Positions 1-17,602 of a DNA stretch of 64,000 bases are shown one piece after another. The notes under the pieces are model-generated. The model made no database searches, was not told the origin of the DNA, and was given only the letters and a program-made list of their open reading frames with translations. Origin of the DNA: Yuukianura sp. NJ FZ-2021 (lineage: Eukaryota); the NCBI GenBank assembly GCA_046563655.1, contig CM102283.1, forward strand, positions 9,734,001-9,798,000, written 5' to 3'. Every line of letters begins with the position of its first letter. The stretch's first letter is position 1. The translations under genes were made by a program, and so were the position numbers.

Positions 1-462
1 ATTGGAGCAACATAAACATAAAGCTATAAGTGTTGCATTGGACGCTTGGGAATTTCTGTAAACAAAACAAGGGTTAATCAGCCGTGATTGTTTCCAGTGA
101 TCATTGTTTGGAATTTACAAGATTGTGATAGCCTTATGTCCGCATTAACACCTAAATCATCAATTAGGATGGTACTTAACAAATTAACAGAACTGTCGTT
201 AATCTAGCGTTATCAAATGACTATGATACTTTGTTTGTTAAGAACATGAAACACAAGTTTGTTTTACCTTTGAAAAGTAAAATGATGCTGACTTGTTTTA
301 TAGTGAAACAGACAACTGATCGCCAGCATCAGGAACAGCAATAGCGGCAGCGGTGAACAAGAACTACTGCTTAAATCAAGTGACAGTATCCAGCATCTTG
401 TACTGGACTACTTGCCTCGTCACTGGTGTGATACTTTTTAAGTTCGTCTGATGCTAAAGGAT

Positions 463-3311
463 ATGACTACTGACGGAAACTCGTCCAGCGGAAGCAATGG
501 AATTGAAGTGGCTTTGCTGGAGAAACGTCTGGAAGGACTTCGGGATACACAAGAAAGTGTCCAGGGGCTTTCTCTGTGGTGTCAAGCAAATAAAAAACAC
601 TCTACACCTATTATTGACACTTGGCTACGCGTTTTGAGAAGAAGTAACGCTTTTACAAACTATTCCATTGACATGTGACATGACATCACACATCTAATCG
701 TTAAAATTCATCTGTTCTATTCTAGGTCCAGTAGAAAAGAGACTGACGATGTTCTATCTTGCCAATGACGTAGTTCAGCATGCTAAGAAGAAAGGCGACA
801 CGACCGTTGTCAATCAGTGGGCAGTGGCAACACGTAAGTTTTTAAAAGTAATTCAGTTTTTAAAGGTTTTCATATGAATTAATGACTTTTTTTTTACAAC
901 AGAAAAGGCAACTCCTCACGTTCGATCCCCTTCTTCCGTTTCAACTGCGATAATCAGGATATTCAAAATATGGGAAGAACGAGGGATTTATTCCAAAGAT
1001 ACCGTTGCTGACTTAATTTCTCTCGTTAGCAAACGTAAGTCCTCACATTCCTCAGAAATGAATCCTTCTGTTTACATTTTGTGTTAATTCTTAGAAAATC
1101 CTACGGGGAAAGAGTTACCGCCCGAATCTAAGAAGAAGCCGGAGATTTACACCGCCAGTGATGAAAAAGTGAAAGAATTCCAGAGCGCTACGTTGATATC
1201 CATGATAAAACAGGCCTTTAAGCTCAAGTCTCATCTTGGGGTAACTTTTCGAACGAAGCAGTATGTCAACATGAACATGGAGCAGTAAGTACAACAACAT
1301 TAATCTCTTACTTAGCAGCATTTATATCAATCTGTTTTTTTTAGACTCATCGCTTCTATTAAGGATCGACAACACGGAATGTCTGTTGGTAAGTGAAAAT
1401 ACGAAATCCAAACGTTGTGTTATAAAAATCATCTTCAAAAACTTTTTTTTTTGTACAGTTGAGAACATGTCTGAATTGCTCGATGCCTGTCGAGTATCAG
1501 AAAACAAATTGGTGCATGAAGTGGACGAGCGACGGAGAATCGTCGAAGCGGCGGAAGTGGCAATTGTTTTTTACGAAAACGTAAGAGCCGAGGCTCTCAT
1601 TGTTAGCAACGCCTACAAAAGTTTTACCGAACGCGTTATCAAAACCAAAAATAAAGTTGATGAGATGATCCGGGCTTTTGCAGGTACCGACAAGACTTCA
1701 AAAATGTTTCTAAACGTTTTTTCTAAAAACGTCTCAAAAACGTTTTTCGTTTTGTGCTTAAAAACACTTTTACAACTTTTTGTTCATCTTTTTGTAGAAA
1801 TGGAAGGCAGTCCAATTCCATCTCCTGATCGACTGTCCCCCTTTGACGAGGTCAAGGTCATGCTACCAAGTTTGGCTGAACTGGAGGCTCGACAAGCTCA
1901 AGTGAACAGCATGTTTCAAAATCAATCAAGTACGAGTCAACAGTCTCTCAATTCCGACGGAAAGACAAACAGCATGATGCAGGGCGGAATGCTGGCGAGT
2001 GGAACTGCATATGACCTTATGTCAGCCGCTCAGTGGCCCACTTATGCCATGCAACTTCAGATGATGCAAATGGCCTACAGTCAAGCTCTCCAGGCAGATG
2101 CAAAGGCTCAGACTCAAAACCAAATTCAAGCGACATCTCCTACTGGTGCAGTTCCCCCGCTCCCCCCAGATTCTAAGGGGGGAGGTCAAGAAGCACCAAA
2201 ACACCAACCCCCCTTACCATCTCCAGCTCCACAACCACCGTCTACGCCCAGTACAGAAGGGAACCCTCCTGTCCCGTATGATCCCGCGACTATTCATCAG
2301 TATAGTACTCCCACTCCGTCGTCAGCATCATCACAAGAGTACGCTGGTTCGACAAGTATAGACTATGGACATGGAGTTGGAATGGAAGAGTCAGAGTATC
2401 CGGAGGACTTAGAAGGGAACCCTTATGCCGGGTATGACGAATCAGCTGATCAAGAGTCAGCTGAGGAATACATGGACCATGAACCTCAGCAACACTACAC
2501 ACCAACAACTACTCCGCCGAATCCAACCGGAAGGTACCATCCATACAACAGTACTCCAAGGTCAAGAGGAAGAGGAGTGAGAAGGGTGTCAAGTGACCTG
2601 AGGTCAAGGTTCCCTTCGTCCCTTCCCTTTAGAAACTCTGCCCCCATCCCCTTTAATCCGAGGAATCCAAATACGACTCCCATTCTACGTCGCGGTGGAC
2701 CACGCACAAGATTCAGTCCATACACACCCAGAGGGGGACGTCTAGCACACAACACCACAAGCAATCTCCTAAGACTAGCCCAGTATCAAGTGGAGCCCTC
2801 CACAGCCCACCAAGGGCCCTCCTCTCAGAATGAAGAGCAGCCCTACAACTACTACCCCACAAAAGACTATCTTCATGGAAGTATAGAAGATAGTGCCGAG
2901 GGTGAGAACCTTTTTTGTCTCGTATGAATTCTCAAAATCAGAACCCTTTTGTCTCGTATGAATCCAGACGGATTTCATGCGAAACAAAAATGTTCTACTT
3001 TTATACCCGTACAAAATCAGAACCTTTTTGCCTCGTATGAAATCCACGTATAAAATCAATAAAACCACAAAGCCTCACTTTTTTGTTTGTGATTTCCAGA
3101 ACTGAATGGGGATGAACCGAATAATTTCCAAAGTTTTACGACCGCCAAGCCGTTACTGCAGACCCCCCGGGGGAGAGGTTCCCCGTTGGCTGGAATGCCA
3201 CGCGGACCGAGAGGAATTTTCAAACCGCGCGGCAGAGGCCAAAGTCCTGGTGGATTCCGCAGCATCGCACGCGGAAGACCCCCTCGGAGGGGGAACTACT
3301 ACATTCTGTAG
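463..3311 (+). CDS. RNA Pol II CTD-interacting (CID/RPR) domain protein, RPRD1/RPRD2-like; multi-exon
   Basis: N-terminal LEKRLEGLRDTQESVQGLSLWC...KRLTMFYLANDVVQHAKKKG...RIFKIWEERGIYS is typical of a CID. A coiled-coil (CREPT-like) region and a P/Q/RG-rich tail follow. Introns are GT-AG and the last exon ends RRGNYYIL*. The start could be at 451 or 463. Confidence 0.85.
2906..3045. repeat. Short intronic repeat: three direct copies of AGAACC(T)TTTTG(T/C)CTCGTATGAA plus one inverted copy
   Basis: Direct copies lie near 2906, 2940 and 3019. The inverted copy GATTTCATGCGAAACAAAAATGTTCT lies near 2971. Confidence 0.6.
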
Positions 3312-3858
3312 CACCCACAACTACACTACTCCCATCCCCACACTTTTAGTCTCTAAACTCTTGTTAGACCTAAATTAAACTATTATTTTATAGAAAATAC
3401 TATTCAAGTCTATCTCAACATTTTATTGTTACACTTACATATTTTTAATCTCTAAACATCTGTAATGAACTTTGAAACAAATCAAGTAAAAAGAAATTAC
3501 AAGAGTTTCAAAATACTAAAGAGTCTAAATCAATTATTCTCTTATAAGGATATAGGATAAACTATCTTGACAGGATAAGGATAAACTATCCAGAGCAACG
3601 GTGTAACAATTCAACTAATAGGGCTACAAGTCGAAAACAACTAAAAAATGTTACGTATTCACGCACAAAATTAATAGCAAATATTATGAAATACTAAATA
3701 CTCTGAACATAAGAGATAATCAAAGATGAAGCAGGGATAATCAGAGATAAATTAGAGATAATCTAAGATAAGGAAGTGCAGGCGATGACAGGAGTCGACT
3801 ACATTGAAAAGCAAGCTGGAAATGATGTGACGTCGCTTGATCGGTACCGCAGAGATGT

Positions 3859-6878
<3,020 letters not shown>

Positions 6879-7656
6879 GTTTGACCTTTACTTTTGGGTT
6901 AAAACCAAAGAATTTTCGTAGGTCAAGAGATCAGGATGACCTTCGAAAGTGTGGAGGACTCAAGTATGACTTCAAAAATGGCGGAGAATGGTTGAATAGG
7001 CGTTGACGGTTACCTTCGTGAATGAGAGACGGAAGCAGAGTGAGAAGAGGAAGATGCACGGCAGTCTTCTGTCCAGAAAAAAGCGGAATGGAGGAAGCGT
7101 CTCTATTGTCTCCCACTGCGCCTCCCTTGTCAACCCCCACTGTAACATATCGCAATGTACAAATTTCCAATCAACTGCAACATCTCTGTCATTTAAACAT
7201 GTCCAAATAATTCCAATCCTAAAGCCAAACATGATTTTACACACAATTTATGCAAACTACTTGCTTCCGCTGCAATTTCATTAACAACTTAATTAATTAA
7301 TTGATTTTTCATAGATAAGAGCTGAGGTTATCCGGAGTTGTCGTTGGTTATCCAAATAAATACTTTGGGGGTGGGTTGGGGCGATTACATTCAAAGTTGC
7401 CACCCCTTTTGCACACCGCACTGCGTTCCCCTCCCATCTCTTACATTCCATTCAAAACAGGCTTTTCTTCCACTGTCCGTGCTAAACGCTATGAAATTCA
7501 TTCAAAAACTATGTGTAAAAACGTATTTTGGCTTAAAACAAAAATATTTTCAACATTTGTTTTTGATGGAGAGAATGGAAAACTCAGCAATGAAAACAAT
7601 TTAATCTGGAGGTGGCTGGAAAGATTTATTTGATAAGAGATAAAAATTGTGTGGTT

Positions 7657-8447
7657 TTATTCTTGCTTCTTTCCCTTTGATTTCTTCTTCGGTGTTTTCT
7701 GCGATTTGAGGATCACACTCGCACGAACCAGAGCGGCCTGGAAGAAAGATATGGACAATTAGAATTGAATTGAGCAGAAAGAAGCTTAACTATGGATAAA
7801 TGTGGGTGATAATCAGATTAGCAAATAAATATTGTCATGGTTGATCAACGATCTTGGTGGTAAATGTTCATCATTCAATTAGGATGGATTGTGTCCAGGA
7901 AGTTGATATTTACCTTGGTGAGATCTTTCCTGTAGTTGTTCTTCACCAAACTCCTCCTCAACTTAGCCAAAGCCCGTCTGGATCCACGGTGCTTGTTGAT
8001 GGTCACATTGTACATCTGACTCGGCTTCCCTTGGGCTTTCGGCTTCTTCGTCACCAAAACGAATCCCTTCTTGTCCTTCGGGAAGTCCACGCCAACGGTT
8101 TTCCTCTGAACAAGTCCGGTGTAACGGAATGAACTTCTGTTTACCAAGTTATTCGATTCCTGAAAAGTAACAACAGAAAACATGAACTTCGGATTTGGAC
8201 AGAAGATGTTGATGCAGCTTATAGTTTACTTGTAAAATCAGAACAAAATGTTTTTGTCATTGAAAACCTCAACGATCTTGGTGGTAAGACTCATCATTGT
8301 TTCAACTGCAGTGACTAAAAAGTATAAAGCTTCTTGCAGAGGTAAACTTACGACGGAGAAGGGTTGCTTGACGTTTCGTACTTTCTTGATGAAAGCATTG
8401 TTATTTCTGACAATCAGCCAGTTCAAATGTGGTGAAACGGAAGCCAT
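7657..8447 (-). CDS. RpL28: 60S ribosomal protein L28 (eL28); 3 coding exons
   Basis: [22 protein letters not shown]...[22 protein letters not shown]...[23 protein letters not shown]. Confidence 0.95.
7808..7879 (-). ncRNA. Intronic box C/D snoRNA, U24/SNORD24-like (copy 1)
   Basis: Minus strand reads ATGATGA (C), TACCACCAAGATC-G-TTGA (guide + D'), ATGACA (C'-like), TATTTGCTA-AT-CTGA (guide + D). Both guides are complementary to the conserved LSU rRNA segment GAUCUUGGUGGUAGUAGCAAAUA. It lies in an RpL28 intron. Confidence 0.85.
8233..8302 (-). ncRNA. Intronic box C/D snoRNA, U24-like (copy 2)
   Basis: Minus strand reads ATGATGA, TTACCACCAAGATC-G-TTGA, ATGACA, CTGA. It has the same D' guide as copy 1 and lies in the neighbouring RpL28 intron. 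Confidence 0.82.
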
Positions 8448-9308
8448 GGCTTTCTTCTAAATCTGTGTACGATTCCTGTACAACAAAATAGCATACGTTC
8501 AAAATCCACATTTTACACTGATTGAAGGATTGAACACCACAAAACGAATAGCGAATGTCAAGGAAAGCGAAGTTACACTGGCTTACCTTTACCATTGTAC
8601 GATTAAGTATTTAATTAACGGAATCTTACCTAAAACCTCGTAAATGACCCCGGTTGACGTTCAATTGATTCCAATTGAATTGAATTGATGAAGAGACTGA
8701 GAGACTGAGACTAACACCTCCAATGCAATGCACTTTCGCTAGGCACGGCACGGCACTCGTAAGTTTATCAGCTGATACAAAAACCGCGGAAATCAAAGTA
8801 TTATTTTGCCAACGCAAAATTGCAAAATGTCAAACATAAATGCACTTGCGTTTGGTTTTGAATTTTGCCATTGAATAATAGTTAACCTTCAAGTTACTCA
8901 TATCATTAAAAAACACAGAAGAAAGTGAGAAAGTGATATAAATTAAACAAAACTATTTATTGGCTTTGTATTTAATTTAATTAACCTTAAAACTACATAA
9001 GTGCTTACATTAATCTAACTAATAAAAGGTATTTTGGGAATCCTTTTTGCAACTGCCATTGCAAAAAGGAATGCCATTCCAATTCCAAACAGCTGTGTGG
9101 ACACATTGGCGGTGTTTGTTTACCTTGCCTTATCAAAAATCGAAAAATCTCAATTTACAAAAGGTAAAATTGAGCATTTGTTTTAATCATTCTAAATTAA
9201 TTAATTGATGGCAATTAGTATTGTCGTACACATTTTTTGTTCTGCTTGTTCTCAGGAGGACATTTGAACAAGCGGTGAAGAGCCAAACGATAGAGGATCG
9301 CCAGGAAA

Positions 9309-10598
9309 ATGACGGATACAAAGAAAACCGGATTTTTAAATGCCCATGGAGCTTGCTTCGTTCCGTCTACGAATATCGATGAAGGATTGAGGCCAGTTGT
9401 CCACGGATATGACTGGAGCAAGGGGAACGATGCCAATTGCATTCTGGATTCATACAAGACAACAGGATTTCAAGCGACCAACTTTGGACTTGGAGTAGAC
9501 GTCATTAATCAAATGGTAAAAACAACACCTCCTCATCTTGATCCGTTTATAACTTGGATTTATTTGTTGTCTTAGTAGATTCAGGCTCGAGCGGAACGAA
9601 TCTACAACGATGTTGAAAAGTGCATAGTCCGAGGATGCACAATATTTTTAGGTTTCACTTCTAACATTGTCTCTTCTGGATTGAGGGAAACAATTCGGTT
9701 TCTTGTCCAGCATAAGCTTGTGGATTGTATCGTCACTACCGCTGGTGGAATTGAAGAAGACTTCATCAAGTGCCTAGCTCCAACTTTAGTCGGAGACTTT
9801 AATTTGAATGGAGAATCACTAAGAAAGCAGGGACTGAATCGCATAGGCAATCTAATCGTTCCGAATGACAACTATTGCAGTTTTGAAAACTGGGTCACAC
9901 CGATTCTGGATGAAATGGTAGAAGCACAAGAAACGCAAAAACTGGTAAGTTCAAAAGATTTTGATTAATTGGATTTTAAGTAATATAACGGTTAAACCTC
10001 ACTGGTGATTTGTTGATTTCACCTCCAGGTATGGACTCCGTCCAAGATCATAGCAAAATTAGGAGAGAAAATCCAAAATGAAGATTCCATTTACTACTGG
10101 GCTTGGAAGAACTCCATTCCAGTGTTCAGTCCAGCCTTGACTGACGGATCCTTGGGTGACATGATGTTTTTCCATTCGTTTCGTAAACCAGGCCTAATCA
10201 TCGATATTCTTGGCGACCTTAGGGCGATCAATACGATTGCAATGAAGGCAAAGAAAACTGGTGTGATAGTAATCGGTGGTGGTTTAGTGAAGCATCACAT
10301 TTGCAACGCCAACTTAATGGTGAGGAAAATTCAAAACAAGAATTTTCCAAAATTATGTTTGAAATTATTATTTTGTGGTTTCCAGCGGAATGGTTCTGAT
10401 TTCGCAGTGTTTATCAACACTGGTCAAGAGTTTGACGGAAGTGACTCCGGTGCTAGGCCGGATGAAGCCGTGTCTTGGGGTAAAATTAAACCTGGAGGTC
10501 AATCGATCAAGATTTACGCTGAGGCTACACTTGTCTTTCCACTAATTGTTTCCCAAACATTCGCTAAACAGGTTTACAAGACCGGTAAAATAAACTGA
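9309..10598 (+). CDS. DHPS: Deoxyhypusine synthase
   Basis: [69 protein letters not shown] and [17 protein letters not shown] (active-site Lys). Confidence 0.96.
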
Positions 10599-10866
10599 TT
10601 CTCAATTTTAAAATAGTGAAGTGATGACGACCTTCTTTTTTTTTTCTTTTTTTAATTTTCAGCTACTGTCTCAAACATTTAATTGTAAGGAACAAAGGTG
10701 AGACGACGAAAAACCGTTTGCGGGAGAAACTGACGTTTAAATTCTGCGAAAATGCAAATGATAAAGGCAATTCGACGATTTTAACAATTCTCTTCGTTTC
10801 GGTGGTCGAAGAAATCGTCGTGAGCAAACTTCCAGTAGTTGGTTGGTAATTAATTAATTGGTTGAC

Positions 10867-12559
<1,693 letters not shown>

Positions 12560-12862
12560 AAGTTATGTCCTCATTTGTTACTATTTTGTACATTAGTGTA
12601 ACAACGCGTTTTCCAATTGGAAGCGCAATAAATTGCAGTCCTTACCAATACAGTTCTTATGGTCATTTATTCACTTCAAAGAGACCGACGATTAGTGAAG
12701 CGGTGATGGGCCCTTTAGACAAGTATAACACGAGGGTTGCCGATTAATTTAGCGGCAAGATTATAGTAATTATAAAACTGACATGCGTACTAAAATATAT
12801 TAAGCATTCAACATTATGTGCTTACTTTAAAATTCTCTCTCCCTCCCCCCACATCTTATTAG

Positions 12863-13053
12863 CAGGGATGTCAAACATATTTAGTCTCCATGCCCGTAAT
12901 GTTAAAAAAATATTTCGGGTGCTTTTGTTGCTAAATATTTATTTATTTGCCCATGCCCGTAATGTTAAATAAGTAAATATTTGGGCGATTTTTAAAAAAC
13001 ATATTTTTTGTCCATATTTCGTGGGTTTTTAGCACATATTTTTGACAATCCTG
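12863..13053. mobile_element. hAT-type MITE (191 bp)
   Basis: TIRs CAGGGATGTCAAA / TTTGACAATCCTG. Perfect 8-bp TSD CTTATTAG at 12855-12862 and 13054-13061. Internal duplicated CCATGCCCGTAATGTTAAA. Confidence 0.85.
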
Positions 13054-14263
13054 CTTATTAGTCTCTCCAAATAAGGGTTTGACTCACTTCAAAAAACAAA
13101 CCAATGAACTAAAGTTTTCCACATAGCAAACCCACTGCACTACGGTTTTGGAAAGATCTGCTGCATCCATTATGCACTCAACTACCTCTTCCAAAACTGG
13201 GGTCAAAATTTAGAACAAATGGAATTTTTTAAAGAAAAGTTAAATAGAATTGGACCTCGAGAACAAAGGTGAAGCTTTAGTGGACTCAATCTTTGTTCTT
13301 ACCAAAATCTCGACAAAGTTTTTTTTTTTAGAAAGGGGCTAACTTTTTGTTGAGAAGTGGAGGATTATTGACACTTTGAATAAGCACGTCTTAAAATATG
13401 CTTTTCACCTTTTTTAAAAAAAAAACGTTTTTCTGAAAGTGCCACGTTAGCTCCTGCGGAAACAGTGTTCTAAGCAACCAGAAGGAGGTTGGTTTGGAAG
13501 TGACGAAGGTTGCAATTGTGTAGTCCCAACGAAGAAGGGCGTACCTCGGATTTTGAAATTTTTTTTCCCTTGGAGACGAGAAAAGTAAATAAATTTCGCC
13601 AAAACTCGGAATCAAAAATGTCTGCAGATTTCGATTTCAAAAATGCAATTAGAAAGCGCCTTAAGGAAGTATTGATGGTGCAAGTAACTTTTTTCCTATA
13701 AAAACATCGTATTTAGCAAAGTAGCCAAAGTGCAGTGTATTTTTTCATTGTATTCACGAAAACTTTGGAAATTACTGAAATAGTTTCGCACCCTCATTAA
13801 ACTGTTGCAACTGCTTTGAAAATTTTCAAGTGACATTGACGAAAAGAACTGAAAATTATTTAATGGAAGCCAATTTGTCAAAGTACACACCCAGCCTCAC
13901 TAAACCTAGATAAGGGCCAGAGTGGGGAAGCGGACCCTTATATCAGAAGTCAATGTCAACTCGATTATAAGAGAACTGAAGTGTTTTCTGTGAGGTCGAA
14001 GTTTCGCACATCACTTTTCACAGGCGCCGGATTCATATAGCTTCTTTCACAATTTTCGAATATCTTCAATGATATTAAAAGATCAGCGAGACGCAGACCG
14101 ACCGGAATTTAACCGTACAATATAATAACAGCTCAGGAATAAGGCGGTTTTCTAAAGCAAGCTCAACGTAACCTAGTAACCCCCGTTTTACCCGTTATCA
14201 AATCCGTGTCATCATATGTTCATCGGTAATAACCGCAACGAAATCCGTCCAGTAGTTTCTCAG

Positions 14264-15103
14264 TAGTGTGGCTGGTTTTTTTCAGTGTTGCTGTAAGCTT
14301 AAGCGTCCAGTGGCTTAGTTGCCACTCCCGCCGGATATCCACTGGAAGAAATGCACCCAAAATGGAAAATTTTATTGGATGTAAGAAATTAAAAATTTAG
14401 CGAGCGCGAAATTCAAAAGAGAATTCAAATTTAAAATAACAAAATAATATCAAAAAGAGTTTCTTTCATCGTAAAATTTAATTATTTATTTGAAACTCAT
14501 ACAAAAACGTATTCGCTTCGTTTTGTACGGTAATTTGAATTGTTTCCGCTTTTTGTATCTAATTAATTCAAACCCCGGGGGCAACGCTCCGCCGCTTTGG
14601 GTTCGTCCATTTGGTCCATTTCTTGCACTCGATGTCCAGCCGTGGACAAAATGTCGAAAAAGTGGATATCCAACAACACTGTTTTATTTTTATTTGTTTT
14701 TAAATAAAAACCAAAAATACCAGGTTTTTGGTTTAAACCATGATTTATTTAGTTTTCTCGGTTTAAACCAACATGTCCACAAAAACTCGATATTTCTCAG
14801 AAAAATCAATTTACTTTAAAACTATTTAATCCGTTGAAACTCCATCCACTGATTTCATTTCCAACAGTACCTTAACAATGTGACAAAAGCGTTGGAACAG
14901 TAATTTGGGAAAAGATAAACGAGTTAGTATCAAAAAGCGAATGAATTTCATTAAAAAACAAGACTTTTCTGTTAATTCAGTATCCCCTTTTCCCCATTTA
15001 CTCAAGTTGGTTTAAACCTAATTCATGTTAATAAAAATCGCTTGGTTTAAATCCTGGTTTAAACCATGCATTAGATCATTTCTCTTAAACCAAGGCCACC
15101 CTG
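14264..15103. mobile_element. Older hAT-type MITE with GGTTTAAACC subterminal repeats
   Basis: The left end TAGTGTGGCTGGTTTTTT resembles the CAGGGTGGCTGATTTTTT end of the 17024 element. The right end is GCCACCCTG. The TSD is degenerate (TTTCTCAG / TTTCTGAT, 6 of 8). Confidence 0.55.
14283..14681. mobile_element. hAT-like MITE nested inside the 14264-15103 element
   Basis: TIR CAGTGTTG / CAACACTG, with an inverted subterminal motif GGATATCCACT / AGTGGATATCC. The target site is T-rich and imperfect. Confidence 0.5.
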
Positions 15104-15280
15104 TTTCTGATAATCAATCCGGACAGACACACGGACAGACACACGGAGAGACAGACAGACAGACAGACATGAAGAATATTATAATAATAGCGTCGCCATT
15201 ACAATCTCCTAACAGCCCAACGGACATACAACACAGCTCGCCCAAACAGAATGACATACAGACAGACACCCAAACATAAC
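15104..15280. repeat. (GACA)n/ACGGACAGAC microsatellite-bearing repeat remnant, Helitron/DINE-like
   Basis: GGACAGACACACGGACAGACACACGGAGAGACAGACAGACAGACAGAC. It joins AAATCCGTCCAGTAGTTTCT at 14241-14260 when the MITE is removed. Confidence 0.45.
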
Positions 15281-16105
15281 ATGAATCTTTCGAAAAAAAT
15301 TTCGGAGATGAATTCGGTAATTTTGTTGCCGACTCTCGTTAAATTTTGTTTACGTTTTTTCTTGGCAACGCAAGTCGTCATCGCGTTTTGAGGTACGCCA
15401 TTCTTCGTCGGAGCTATAGAATTGCAAGAAACGGAAACTTGAAAAAGTCAATTTCTATTTCAAATTGAAAAGATGTATCAAAAGAGGGGATTTTAGACAC
15501 TTTGAATGTTAAGGTGACTAGTCCAGAAAAAAAGTAAGTTGAAAAAACTTACTTGGAGAAAAAGTTGTACAGAAGAAGAAGAAATCGTTCAATGAAAATC
15601 GTAAACAGAAATTCAGAAACCAAAAATATTTACTTGTTTTTTTTTTTCAGTTTTAATGCTCAGAAATTCAGAATTATATTTTATACATTAGTCAATTAAA
15701 TGATTATTCCGGAGTCAGGCTGGGAATCCGAAACGTTGATTGATCCTCAGAAAGTCGTCACTCCTTAAAAATAAAATGGAGTAATTTTTAAAAAAGTTTT
15801 TTTTTCTGTTGAAAATACAGCATTAATAAAAGGGAGCACTAGAATCCATTGAAAGCAGTCCATACCATGTTTTGAACAATACCAAAGTCGTACTATAAAC
15901 AGCATTGCATGCTATTCGTATGTCTACAGGCCTCTAAAGTAGGTGTCCCTCTTAAAACCCATTAAATATATTTAAGCCGGAATTGTTAGTATTGCATTTA
16001 CATGCTATTCAAAACTACTACACATCACATTAATTGTCACTAACACTATAATTTTTTATAGGTAGTTTCATACAAAAAAAAATGAAATAAATAAAACGAT
16101 ACTTA

Positions 16106-16633
16106 CAAATGGGAGCATTTTTTTCTCGGAGATAAGCGTATCCAGGATGGACAATACCTTTTGGTAAACTGTTTCAACGATAGAAATTTGTGTTTAATTT
16201 TGTTTACAAATTTTATTCATAATCGTTTTCTTACTTTCTGGGGTGAACACGAGATTGATGAATCCGATTCCGGACTTCCCCGAATTTGGCAAATAAATTC
16301 GCCCCCTCATTTGTAATAAATTGGCGAAATCGTACTTTCTTATAGTAGCCATTCTTTCGCCGGGTTTGGCTGCCAGGAGCCACCACAATTTTACGCCATT
16401 CACTACATTCGAAGGTAATGGATCAAAATGAACTTAAAATTTAAGAAACAAATGAGGAACAAATACATAAACAAACCCTTACCTTTTGTAACTCGAAAGC
16501 TTATTCTGTAGAGATCAAGAATCTCTAAAACCATGCCAACATTAAGTACACGCTTGGTTACAGCATTTGAGATGCTCATATCTGGAAAAAGAGGACAAGT
16601 GCTGTCCATGACAATTCGAAACTTGTGCGGCAT
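16106..16633 (-). pseudogene. Possible degenerate JmjC-like gene fragment
   Basis: The spliced reading gives VTKVHFDPLPSNVVNGVKLWWLL (HxD...GxKxWW-like). LPKGIVH in the next exon-like block is out of phase with it. Confidence 0.3.
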
Positions 16634-17023
16634 TTGTGAGAATGTATTTTAGAACAAAAATATCTCCCTTCAGTATGTAAATTTTGAGATGTTGAGAATG
16701 GTGGGTTTGAGATGAATGATGTAGAACAGACTAAGTTTTAGTACCCCTTCCTTTTCTTTTTGTGAAACTCTGCTTAAAACCGTTCTTTCAAATCCAAATT
16801 TGCGCATGCGTCGAGACGTGTAAATTTGTTACCCCGGTGTTAATTGGATTTAGCTTAGGACTTTCAACTGACCTTTAACTGATAAATTAGACTCAAGATG
16901 TGACGAGTCTAATTTATCAGTTACTGCACTGGTTCTTCAGTGACTCAATCCCCGAATTCTTAATCTTTCTTAAGGTTTCTTTTGACTCTGCTTTCACCGA
17001 AGTTGCTCAAAGTCTGTTTGGAA

Positions 17024-17490
17024 CAGGGTGGCTGATTTTTTTGATTTTTTTCAAAAAAATCAAAAATCATGATTTTTTGATTTAATCAAGATTTTTTTGA
17101 TTTAAATCAAGTATACTATTTTGTACGCCTTAGTCCTAGAAAAATGCAAATTAAGTTCCAATTTGGATGTAAAAATATTCCTAAATGACACTTCAGCACC
17201 TCCCACTCGGAGTTATTCTGATTCCAATGTAAAAATTCAGTTTTGTGCAAATGAAAAACGAAAAGGTGCTGAGGTTTTAGCGAAAATTGCTGAAATTAAA
17301 CGAAAATATGCTCAAAACAGACAGATTTTGCAACATTTTGTGTACTTGATTTAATCAATGATTTTTTTCAAAAAAATCAACTGATTTAATCATTGATTAA
17401 ATCAACGATTTAATCATTGATTAAATCAACGATTTAATCATTGATTAAATCAACGATTTAATCAACTTGAGTTAAATCAAAGCCACCCTG
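17024..17490. mobile_element. hAT-type MITE (467 bp) with internal GATTTAATCATTGATTAAATCAAC tandem repeats
   Basis: TIR CAGGGTGGCT / AGCCACCCTG. Perfect 8-bp TSD GTTTGGAA at 17016-17023 and 17491-17498. Confidence 0.88.
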
Positions 17491-17602
17491 GTTTGGAAGT
17501 TGGCGGGAGAAAGTCGGGGAAAAGAGTGAACTACTGTAATAGTTTAATTGAGCAAATTAGCAGCAGAGGAGATAAGAATTTAAAATTATGTGCTTCTTTA
17601 AC

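Noticed and set aside
6979..7040. tRNA-like D-loop sequence TGGCGGAGAATGGTTGAATAGGCG
   Set aside because: No T-arm or acceptor stem can be formed. It lies in the vasa 5' region.
8458..8589. Third snoRNA in the RpL28 5'-UTR intron
   Set aside because: No C/D box pair or clear H/ACA arrangement was found.
13618..13683. Possible first exon MSADFDFKNAIRKRLKEVLMVQ followed by a GT donor
   Set aside because: I found no convincing in-frame downstream exon and no recognisable homology.
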